64,000 nucleotides of DNA. Origin: Blasia pusilla (taxonomy: Eukaryota). The DNA is taken from NCBI GenBank assembly GCA_050084515.1, contig CM114271.1, forward strand, positions 13,330,001 through 13,394,000, read 5' to 3'. Numbering within the stretch: position 1 is the first letter of the stretch; the number at the start of each line of letters is the position of its first letter. The translations under genes and the position numbers were made by a program. This document shows positions 37,851 through 49,005 of this stretch, piece after piece. The notes under the pieces were generated by a model. That model saw only the letters and a program-made list of their open reading frames with translations, made no database searches and was not told the DNA's origin.

Positions 37851-39830
37851 ATGGCATCCTTTCGGGATTTTGAGAGGCGAGGCAGTGGACCTGAGAGTAG
37901 CTCTAGAGGGTTTACCCGTAGTGGTGCGAGGTTTCGAGGGTCTCCACGTGAGAGACCACCTCGATCTCCTTCTATATCGTCTTCTCACAAGGGGGAGCAT
38001 GTAGAGGAGTGTGTTAGTGATCCACCGTATACATTGAGTGGTCCTACCAGTTGGGCGTACGAGATGGACGACCGGGATAGAGAACCGCGTCAGATTTTCG
38101 GGTGTTGTAGGCATTATAGAACTACATGACTTCATTGTGGGGATTAGGAGTTGGTGTGACTCACAGCAGGCTAGGAACTCTAGAGAGTTCAACCCATTTA
38201 CAACATGGAACGATATGTTCCAGCATTTAGAGGGGGCGCCCATGGACGATTACCATGAGTTCTCCCATAGATATGCCCAGAAGATTGACGCATGGCGACT
38301 CTATTATGATTCACACTATGTGTCATGGACGGAGCCGTTCCTAAATGAGGAGGAGGAGTCAGGAGAGGCTACTTCCTCTTCCACTAGTGATATTTTAGGA
38401 GGGGTCACTCGCATTGGAGTAGTTGCAACATCTAGTCGGGTTCGTCCCAGTTTCAACCCCGTGGTTGAGTTCTTTGTTGAGTTAAGGGCGAGCTACCAGG
38501 GGGTACGGACGAAGAATTTGCGGAGCATCCACAACTTCCAGAGGCGCCCGGGTGAGAGTTTGCGTGAGGCTTACACTCGCTTGCGCCGGTTGATCAACGT
38601 TACTCAAGGGGTGACAGAGGCTCAAGCTATCCAGTCATGGTATGCGATGTTGGATCGGACCATGCGGACATGAGTGCGGGAGGGCGTGATTCTTAAGAAC
38701 ACCTCCCCTATGTTGAGAGATGTTTTTAGGACCGCCAAGAATATTGAGCGCAACATGGCGGAGGAGAGAGTAGCCACCATGGGTTTTGGGCGAGAGTAGT
38801 CACGATTGTCTGTACCACCTGTGCAGCAACGTGGACTCCGCGATAGGTTGACTGTGGCACCACGAGCTCAAGGAGGATACCGGGATGTTGTGCCACAGAG
38901 ACCTGCGACTTCATATGCGGCTCAGTAGCAGCCACCTACAATTATTTGTTGGTTATGTGGTGGAGCCCATCATCAGCGCGATTGCAATCGTCAAGGTCAT
39001 GGACGTGTGCCTCAACATGGTGGAGGAGATGGTCTTACACCAGGAGGTTATCAATGTGACTATTGTTAGAGATATGGTCACACACGCGCTAGGTGTTTCA
39101 ATTTACATCCTGAGTTACGTCCGGATCGAGGGCGAGAGAGGGCACCAGAGTGAGTAGCCGGTCCGTGTGGGCCTAGAGATTGTGCACCAGGTGGTCTTGT
39201 TGGGGGACGAGGAGTTGGAGTTGCCTGTCAGGGTGGTGGAGCTGCCCATGGAGGAGGTAGAGTCCCACCACCTAGACGCATTGAGGGAGACGCCGGGCGT
39301 GAGGCTGGGATGGCTGCTCAGATACAACAACTACAGGAGGAGGTTGCCGCTTTGGCATTGAGGTTACCCGATGCCGGATCCGTGGCATTGACATCATATG
39401 GAGCAGCCAGAGATATGGAGGATCCTGATAGAGCTTTTAGTCCGCATCGCGTCTTGTTGGATTCAGGAGCGCAACCCTTGATGTTGGGGAAAGCGTCATT
39501 CAGAGGATTGGGCTTGACGAGAGCCGATGTGGAGCGTTGTCCATTCCGGATACAGACATCCTTGGGTGGAGCAATTACCACACAGTATATCACCTGACAG
39601 GATGTCGTGGTGAGGATTCGCCCGGGACATCCTACAGATGAGTCCGTGGTGTGAGCCAAGGGGATAGTGACTGATGTAGAGTCCTACGACATCTTGGTTG
39701 GTGGAGCAGTGTTATACTCGATGGGATTTTCCCTGGATTACTGGGAGGAGTCAGCGTCCTACAGACCAGGATGGAAGTCACGTGATGGGCGCCTTAGCTC
39801 ATTACCTGTTCGATTCACAGGTGCAATGAT
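37851..39830 (+). pseudogene. E3 gag (two CCHC knuckles) and aspartic protease
   Basis: FQRRPGESLREAYTRLRRLI (retrotransposon-gag-like), ICWLCGGAHHQRDC, CDYC*RYGHTRARC, RVLLDSGAQPLMLG, ESYDILVGG. In-frame stops are present. Confidence 0.85.
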
Positions 39831-40119
39831 TGAGTGACGGCGAGGAGAGATGACGACCTTAGTAGCATTTAGCAGTGCCATCACTTGGCCTAGTGATTTG
39901 ATTGAGGGACATGTCCATACAGAGGATACTCCCGTTCCTGAAATTTCTATGCAGAGGAGTGTCATGGTAGCTGCATCAGTATGTGGAGGCGAGGTGCCAC
40001 TTTGGGGCTCAACTGAGGAGCTTCGACCCTTAGCCACTGAGCATGTGCAGACCATGTGGAGCGAGATATTTGCACTAGAGTGTGACGGGTTAGAGGAACC
40101 CAAGGTAGGCAAGAGTGCT

Positions 40120-40770
40120 GCTATGACCCCTTTGGACACCATCCTGATTGTGTGGTGCATCCTAGAGGAGGGTATTCGGGTGTTGGATCTCTTTGGAGGG
40201 ATCAACACTAGGTTAGTTGCTATTTTGCACGCTGGAGTGCGCGTGCAGGAGTACGTGTATGTGGAGATTGATGATGTTGCGAGGTGCACTTCACTTCATC
40301 ATGTGACGCATTTATACCTCCGTTTTCCCGAATTTTTGTCTGCGTCCGCCATTCAGGGTTACCAGAGTTCCCTACCGAGGGACATTTCATTGTTGGGGGC
40401 GCAGGACTTAGAGCGGGTATGGACCATAGACTTGGTCATTGCTGGTTGACTGTGTCAGTGCCAATCGAGTGTTGGACAAGGTAGCGGGTTAGCTGACACT
40501 CGATCTAGGTTATTTTGGGAGATAATGCGGATCTTGCGACATTTACAGGAGCATCAGCCTCGTTCTCCAGCATCATTTTGGAGAATGTGTCAATTTTGGG
40601 CAATTCGAGGTCTCGAGTGGTGACGAGTGCACATCAGGTGCGGGCATGGATAGGCTTGGCAATGTTGTTAGATGCGGCGAGTGTAGGTTCTAGATCACAC
40701 CGCCCCCATCTTTGGTGGACCAACTTGGTACCACATGAGGTGTTGCGGAGGGCTTGTGCAGGGTCACGTC
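40120..40770 (+). pseudogene. E3 C5-cytosine DNA methyltransferase domain (inactivated, truncated after motif VIII)
   Basis: IRVLDLFGGI (~40174-40203), YVYVEID, DLVIAG*LCQ (equivalent to GWPCQ, ~40430-40458), ILENV (~40575), GSRSHRPHLWWTN (~40686). Confidence 0.9.
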
Positions 40771-43689
40771 CATAAGGACGTGAGAGAGCTACTTGGCAAG
40801 AGACAAGAGTCTCGTGCCCCAACGTTGACGGACGGAGTAGACGCCGGGCTAGGGTGAGTTTCGGGGTAAAACAAGGGAGAGGTAGCCGCTTAGGGCAGCG
40901 TGCGACAAGGAGGATGGGGCCGCATTGAGGAGTGAGTGTGGACGTGACAGTGCAGTCAAGTCAGGTGTTAGGCTCAAGCGTCCGAACCAGGTTGGGTAGG
41001 AGTTGGACGAGGTGAGGCCGGTTACCTGGTTGAGCTGTCACTATGTGGTGCGCTTGCAAGGTATGTGGTAAGTGAATAAGTGGGGTCACTAAGGAGTAGG
41101 GTTTGACTAAGGAGATGTGTTTGACGAGTCAAGATTTTTAGGGGAGATGTGTTTTATGATCGTCATCACTTGGCGCTTCATTTGGGATTGTTGGTCGTAA
41201 TGTGATTTACTAGTGCTTTGTCGATTGGGGACGAGATGGGTGCTCCGCATCGACAGGTTGCGACAAAGTGGTAGAGGTGAAGACACATGTGCCAATGTTG
41301 ACGGGTAGTCTACATTCTCTAAGATGAGGTTTGACATGCTGCTTGAGGAGACTGTCGTTCCGAGGAGGTTGCCGCACCACATGGATCAGTCGGTGTTGAC
41401 TATCAAGTAGAGTGATGGCGTGCGTGTTCAAGTTACCCATTCGAGTCCCTTTTCCCGCAGTTATCATCATGTCATTGAGGATGTTGGGTAGCAGGTAGAA
41501 CTTAGGCTAGACGGGTGTGGTGATATGATTTTGAAGGATAATTCTTGTCTCACCATTTTGAAGGATAATTCTTGTCTTATTATCCTTTTTCATTATTTTC
41601 CCTAAATAGTAATCGTTCTTCCCTCTAAAGTGAACCTGAAAAATAAAAGTTAAACTATATTTTTTATGAGGTTTTGAAAGAATAAAATATAATTAAAAAA
41701 AATAGAATGAACATGCATTTATATTTTGGAACATTTCTTGAAGATTATAATTTAAAAAAATAGAATAGAAGATAATTATTTCTTCCTTCATATAAAATTT
41801 AAAATTAAAAAAAATGAAAAAAAGAGAAAAAAGACTTGGAAAATTTCATGAATATTAAAATATTTTATAAGAATTAAATTTATTTCAAAAAAATTTATGT
41901 ACTTATTAAAACCTCATATTTTTACATTTATGGAATCCTTTTTTTTCTTTACTTTTGGCTTAAAAATCTTGGAAGAAGAAACTGACTATTAAGCCAAAAG
42001 TAAAGAAAAAAGTAACCAAAACTATGGCTTTGGTTTATTTTTTCTTTTTTGAGTCTTTTCTTAAAAAAAGATTTCCAACGAAAACTACGGTCTAAATTGA
42101 AATGAAACAACGTACTTGGATAAACAATACTGCACTCCAATTTACACGGATCACATGGTGAACGTACCGCACAAATAGCAAGTGGGTATAGGAATCCGCG
42201 CCTCATGATACTTTTAGCTTTAAAAATGGACACTTTCTGAAAGAGTCTTGGAAGATATCATGCATTGCAAGATTGCAACGTGAAGGCGGAGAAAGCTTAA
42301 AACGTCCGGCAGCCATAGGAGTCCGTCAGGTCGGTCTATCTATATATATATATAAAATTATAATAATAAAAATATAGTTTAATGGGTGGTCGGTCAAAGG
42401 CGAGCCCATGACTTTGCTCTAAAATCTTCGGAACAACCGAGGTTCCGCGAGAAGGATGCCTATTCCGATCGAGTCAATTGAGAGAGATGGACGGTATGAC
42501 GCTCACGAGTCGCGTCGCATTTCTAGCCCATGTGACGGGTAAACTGGCACTGGGCAATGAGTCACTCCGGCAGAAATCGGCCGCGCGCATGATTGGTGGG
42601 CACATGGGTACGGTGTGTGTCGTCAAAGGTCAATTCCACGACCAAAGGTGGCCCCGTCCGTGGGCCAAAGAAATGCTTCCTTTCTTCCTTGCTTCTGTCA
42701 GTAGCGGCGTTCAACTCCTCTGCAATTACAACCGATCATACCCTCTCATAAACTCCAAAGTAATCTTCTGAAGTAACGCGAACTCTATCACTTTTCCGCC
42801 GCTCTAAGCAAGGCTCGGGTAGATACTTCAGACGCACCGGGAATGGCCGACAGGAGGCGATTCCGGAACAGGAAATTGTCGGAATTTCTCGGAACTTTCA
42901 AAAATTTCTTCTTCTTTTTCAAAAATTTCTTCTTCTTTTTCTGCCGAATCTCCAAGAAGGCCGTCACTTGGAGATCCGGCGAAGGCTTCTGTCAGCAGAA
43001 AAAAACTTAACCTTGAGGACGAAAATTGAACTGCGACGATTACACTCTCGTGACTCTCCTATACTCGGAAGTGATACAAAGCCCTAAAAGTGAGCTAAAT
43101 CGCTTTGGTCCATTTCGCTCTCTTTTTCCTTGCTGGGAGGGGAATAATCCAAAGTTGGTACGCACGATTAACTCACATTCATGTGCTCGAACGAGTCGAG
43201 TCTCGACTCTCGAGCGATTCGCACCCAAATAGCGATGGATGCTGCTGGGAAGCCTGGAAGTCCCCGGTATCCTGAACAAGCGCTGGGATCTGAACTCCCC
43301 TGAGGTTTTCTCCCTTTTTGCAATGGAATCTAACAACTGCAACTTAAAGGTTAAAATAAAGTTAAAGTCACCAAGTTAAGCACACCCGAAAACCAGATGT
43401 GGGAGGGAATTCATCTTCAAACTAAGTCAAGACCCAAACTCGTGTGTATCCGGTTGGAAAAAGTCTCAGGAATCTGAACGTAGGAATTGGCAGAACTCGA
43501 GTTCTTTTAAGAATCAGAAAGGAAAACATGGGAAAATTTTCCAGAGAAAATTGAGGGTTTCTTTCGAGACATTTCAGAAAACACTTTGTGACGGCCCCCT
43601 ACGAGCACTATTCATTTAATGTTGTCTCCATCTAACATATCCTCTCATATCTGCCCTCTACACACGTGTTTGATAATTAATCTTCCCCC

Positions 43690-44365
43690 CACCTCGCTAT
43701 TGCTCGGGAGAGTGGATTCCATGTACAGAGAGAGAGGCACTATTCTATGCGGGATTCCCTTGTCCGTGATGATCTCTACATGACGAGGGAGGCTGAGGTG
43801 GTGGTAGCGGATGTTGTAGTGACGGATCCTACGCGGGAGGCGGTGCGAGCCCAAGTGGTAGCACAAGGGAGATTGCTACAAGGAGCGGCGGCGGCGGCGG
43901 TCAAGAAGACCCACATCTGCAGTCGACTTCATGACGGACATCGATTTATCTCCCTAGCCATTGAGATGTACGGGGCGATGGGAGAGAGGTTTGACTCGTT
44001 CCTTACGGATTGCGCCCATCATCTCCAGTCGGGAAATGGGTTGTCCTTAGCCACTGCGATACTTTATTGTAGGCAACAAGTTTCCATAGCTTTGCAGCGC
44101 GCCCGAGAAAATGGGCTTCTGCGGCGGGCTCAGGTGGTTGGAGACGCCAATGCTAGAGGCCCATTTAGTAGTAGTCATAGTTTTGTAGGTGTTGCTCATA
44201 TTGTCTCTGCTGTTGGTGATTCTGGTCGTTAGGGGGGAAGGCCCCCTTCTTTCTGCTTGGGGCGGATTCTGGCCTCTTGAGGTCTTCCTTTTTGGCTCTC
44301 TTTGCCCCTTCATTTGTATCGTGATGGGTTCCCCATCCTTTTTTATACATATTTTATATCTTCTT
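43690..44365 (+). mobile_element. 5'-truncated non-LTR retrotransposon with a restriction-like endonuclease (CRE/RLE-type) C-terminus
   Basis: AIARESGFHVQRE, RDDL, VADVVVTDP, KKTH, FISLAIEMYGAMG and YCRQQVSIALQR fit a PD-(D/E)xK-type RLE tail. 3' UTR hairpin GATGGGTTCCCCATC. Homologous to 48398-49005. Confidence 0.8.
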
Positions 44366-45289
44366 CCTCGCAATCAAACGGCCCGCACATTGGTTTTCTA
44401 AAGTCCAATAAATAATAAACAATCCCTGGAAACATTCGCAGGCCCGGATCTGAACTCGCCTATCACTTTTCCCACTTTTGCCATGGGAATGAAGATGGAA
44501 ATGTTCTCATGAGGAATTTAAAGTATCGAACTTGAGCATACCCCAATCCGCGAATTGAAGAGGAACTTATCTTGAAATTCATGCAACACATAATTTCAAC
44601 GTTCATGGGGCTCTTGTGAAAGGGGGGTGACTAAGTCGAGTTTTGCTTCGGAAGTTTTCTCATTGCAGGAAGCTCGGTGAACTCGTACGACATTAATACC
44701 AAGCAATGTCACATTTTCCCGACATTCACAACGATGACTTATTCTGTTTGCAGTTATCTCAGCGGAAGACGCAGCGTGTCTTTAATAACTCCACCCCTTC
44801 TAAGAAAACGCAGTACTATCGCAGGGACCCAGTACTACGAAAATCTTATCAATTGCTTCATCAATTCAACGTCGTGTATGCAGTAGACTAGCGGAGGGTT
44901 ATTTTGGGTAAGTGGACAGGAACATTTCGATTTTAGGACGGTGTCCTACAACTGACAAAAGAATGAGATATGGAGATTTCTACTCCGAAACGGATCCAAA
45001 TCGCCCCAGAAGTAACTTGTTCGCCCGGGCCCCTTTCGAACTTGGAGAACTCAATCGCCCCAAAACCAAATCTACCGCCTCATCATTCCGTCATCTGTCT
45101 TTAGTTTGGACTAAATGTGAAGTGTAAATTTATAGTCGGATTTGTATGCGAATAATCTGACATCTGAATTTAGAACATAGTTAAAAGCTCATACATCTCT
45201 TTAAGGGAGGAGGAAAAACTTTACAAGAAAATATGTATATGGTGCCATAAAGATTATCTTGAAGCGTGAAAAACTAAGGGAGCTGGAAC

Positions 45290-45327
45290 TTTACCGGCTG
45301 GCATTCTTTGTAATGCCAGCCGGTAAA
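45290..45327. repeat. Perfect 16-bp inverted repeat with a 6-nt loop
   Basis: TTTACCGGCTGGCATT-CTTTGT-AATGCCAGCCGGTAAA. Confidence 0.95.
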
Positions 45328-46549
45328 ATCTACAATTTCCCGATCCGATCAGAAAAATTTTGGAAAAAAAATGACCCGGAAATTATATTTTTTTGGTTGA
45401 AACAAAACTGGCAAGTGTTTTGATATTGTCGATCAGACCCTACTGAGTGTAAAAAACTGGACAAGCTAGAAAAATCCATATGATGTACCTTACCACGATA
45501 ATAAAATAGTGATACTAGATAATTGACAAGTTGGGACTCAAAGGTTAGGACCACATCGACATTATTCCCTTTAAAACTATGCGTAACGGAAATCTCATCT
45601 GTGAAATCCGAGAGTTAACCGACCGGATCGAAACCACGACGACGGAGGATAGCAATCATAGCATTGCAATGCAAGGAGGGAATAAGAGAAACAAAGTTCT
45701 CGTGACTACGAAGAGTCGGACGGCATTTAGGGTTCCCTCGAGCTTCCAGCTGGGCCCCTCCCAGTGGATAAGCCAGAGGGAGGACAGCCGCGGGGGGCAG
45801 GGAACTGAGGGAAGAGATGTGCCGGCCGTACTGCTAGGGCTCCCCCGCACATGACTAATAACCGGCGCATCGTGAAAAGACAAAGGAACATCATTTCCGA
45901 GTCCACTTCTCCGAAATTGGAAGCCCCTCAATTGATTATTATTGCTCCATTCTTCGATTCCCCAAGAGCGGTGGCGGGAGCCGAGAGACAAAGCAAAAGC
46001 AAGACATGCTGTTCCTCTCCCGGCCAACAAAAGAGAAGTCGGTCCCAGACTCCCAGAGGAGAGCGTTTTATGGCGGGCTGACTAAAGTGGTCTCCCTTGT
46101 TCGCGCTTGCGCGCATCGGAGAGAGCACCGCACTCTGCAGCGATTGGGGACTGGAGCCGACGCAGAGAGCCACATGCATGCTCTCTCACCGCTGCGTGCG
46201 ATACGCAAGGACAAGTCGTAACTCCGCTAGAACATGAACACGAATTTCTTAGCAGGGTGCTTCACTTTTCAGTTCCCGCTTTGTAAAGGAGTCGCACTTT
46301 TTCTGGGAGGTATTTGAGATACACAACTATGCAACGATTCCCCGTCGTGTCCGAATCGATGGTGTCGGAATGCCTTCATTAGGAAAGTGACCTAGTGGAG
46401 GTAAAGGAAGGACGTAAAAGAGTTAGCGTTAGCATAAGGTGTTTATAAGGTTATTGCATGGGAAAACATTTCTTAAAGAGAAGTTTTCTTACCTTAAATA
46501 ATGTTCTCTCACGGAAAGAAAATAAAAGAAGAAAATAAAAGGAATGGTT

Positions 46550-47004
46550 TGTGCATGAATAGTATATTTCTTTTATATTTTATAATTTACATCACATTTG
46601 GTGATTCTAAGATAAAATAATAAGATAATAAAATAAAATAATATTTTTTTAATAATTTTATGCTTTAATTCAAATTTGATATTTTGGAAAGGAAAAATGA
46701 ATTTGAATGAAATAAAGAAATTATTTTATTGATTAAAATAAATTATTCTTTTTAATTAACGTGTGTTATTGTAGTAGGAGGAGTTGAGAGGGGAGAGTAG
46801 GTATTGTTTAAATTTTTATGGAAGGGTGGAATTTTTTAGGGGATTGGGGTATTATTTTAACTTTCATTGAGGAGCGGAATTATCTACAAGAGTGGAGTAT
46901 TATAATTTATTTTTGATTTAAGAAAAATAAGTATAATTAAATTTTGAAATGAAAAAAAAAATTAATTATAGAATTTTTGTGCCAAATACGAGCATGCTAA
47001 CTAG
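46550..47004 (+). mobile_element. AT-rich Helitron 3' portion (same family as 30994-32264)
   Basis: Ends GCATGCTAACTAG|T and is collinear with 31962-32264. The left boundary is approximate. Confidence 0.6.
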
Positions 47005-48397
47005 TGGGAAGGAATCTATACTATTAATGAAATACATGGAGGTTACTATAAGTAGGAGGTTAAAAATAAAAAATTTCTACAAGAAATGAAGGACATGAAT
47101 TATTTTACGCCTTAGCTTACTTACATGTTAGTTTCTTTTCATCCACGCAAGTGTTCAAAATTTTTTTTGAGGTGCCTTATGAGGGGCTCGGTAATTGACA
47201 TAAACATCTAGATGAAGATTACGGTCATTCTATGACTATGCATAGCACAGACGTTCTCAACTACCTACTAGCTTGAACAATGGAAAGTATTTTTATAGAT
47301 CTCAATGTGACACCGATCCATCCCATACGCCTTTTCAGTAGTCAAATGTAATAGTATTTTAAAAAACCATGCAATCAATAATATTTCTTTGATTATTATA
47401 AAATTCCTATTAAAAATTGAACACAAAAATTCAATTAAACCCCTTTATATATATTTATGATAAGGATTTAAGTCAAAAATTACACTCACATTTTAACTAA
47501 CATATAGAATTTTTTTAGTCCTCTACATTTTAGATAGAAAAATTCTAGAACGTCTCCTTTTTTCGAGAATCTATTGACCATATACAACAACATGAAAATT
47601 CCCACTAGTATCTTTCAATATCTTATGTCCATGAAAGGATAATTTCTTTGAGAATCCATCTAACAAGTACTTAACCCTATCACAATGGTTCATTTGGACG
47701 GTTGGACTAAAGAGATTCACAGACATAATGAAAAATCTCCTCAACCCCTAATTACCACTTTCCCATAAGATCATTTCATCCCCATTACACATTGGGATAT
47801 AGTCCTTCCAACAAGTGTGGTTTACGGGACCCTTTTCCACCTTTCTGTTACAAGATTATTTTTTTGAAAATGTGTGAAAGAAATGAAAAAAAATTCAAAT
47901 GTATGAATTAATGATTTTTTTAAATTATGTATGATGAAACTTATCAAAATTAAAAAAATCATTAAAAAAATAATAATCTATATCATTATTAGAGAGTGCC
48001 TTTCTTCATTAGATGACACTTGTTTTTTTGGATTTATAGTTACTAGAAAATGGTCGCATTCTCCCTCTTATTTAAGAGTTATTCGTAGTTGTAAGAGTTG
48101 CAGATAAGATTGTGATGCTTTTCACCTCTCCTAGTTTACCAGCTAGTTTACTATAAGAAGTGAAGTGTTTATTGTTGTCAAAGGTACCTCTAAACTAAAA
48201 GAAGAGATGCGTTTCTCGGATGCAATGAATCCTCCATAGAGTGAGTGCTATAAGAAATGAGAAGCCAAGCTCCACGTATGAGTGACGGAAAGATCACACT
48301 GAATCTATGCCCGTACATACAATTAGGACGATAGAAACTGGGCTCACTATTCTCAAGTAAAACTCCACGTTCTGAAACCGGGGGAAGATGCCCTAAA

Positions 48398-49005
48398 AAA
48401 GAAAGATGCACTTCGATAAAAACGAGTGATGGAAAACCCATCGGAAGTACAAAAGAGGGGGACTCAAAGAGTCAAAACCTGAAGGCCACAACACGACCAG
48501 AAAAGGAAGAAGGGGCATTCCCCCTAACGACGAAACTCACCAACAGCGAGAGACAATATCAGCAACAACAAGAGAGCTATGACTACTACTAAGTGGGCCT
48601 CTAGCGCCGGCGTCTCCCACGACTGAGCCGCGCCAAAATCCCATTGGCCTGGGCACGTTTTGCAACGCTATGGAGACCCGCGCCTACAATCTGAGAATCG
48701 CAGTAGCTAAGGACAACCCATTTCTCGAGTGGAGATGATGGCGCGATCCGTAAGGAACGCAGTCGAACCTCTCCCCATAGCCCCATACATCTCTATGGCA
48801 GGGGATGAAGATGTGTCCCTCGTGTAGTCGACTGTAGATATGTGTCTTCTTCGCCGCCGCCGCCGCTCCTTGTAGCATTCGCCCTTGGGCCACCACTTGG
48901 GCTCGCACTGCCTCCCGCGTAGGATCTGTGACTACCACGTCCGCCACAACCACCTCAGCCTCACGTGTCATGTAGAGATCGGCACGAATGAGGGAATCCC
49001 GCAAG
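48398..49005 (-). mobile_element. 5'-truncated CRE/RLE-type non-LTR retrotransposon
   Basis: RDSLIRADLYMTREAEVVVADVVVTDP...KKTHIY. The 11-bp TSD GATGCCCTAAA is at 48387-48397 and 49006-49016. The 3' end is T-rich. Confidence 0.88.

Larger units (their letters stand above)
35611..40770 (+). mobile_element. E3: 3'-truncated DNMT-retrotransposon (family II). Order: A1 (35611-~36125), ~1.7-kb leader, gag, protease, DNMT motifs I-VIII
   Basis: Starts TGTCCCGTCT. A1 aligns with A2 at 6451 and diverges where B would begin. The coding region is collinear with E1 and E2. Confidence 0.9.

Noticed and set aside
40820-41520. Sequence after the E3 DNMT as RT/RNase H
   Set aside because: No RT motifs were found and collinearity with E1 ends at ~40770; it is an unrelated, unassigned fragment.
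45780-45830. Partial similarity to the miR408 complement
   Set aside because: Too many mismatches and no supporting precursor stem.
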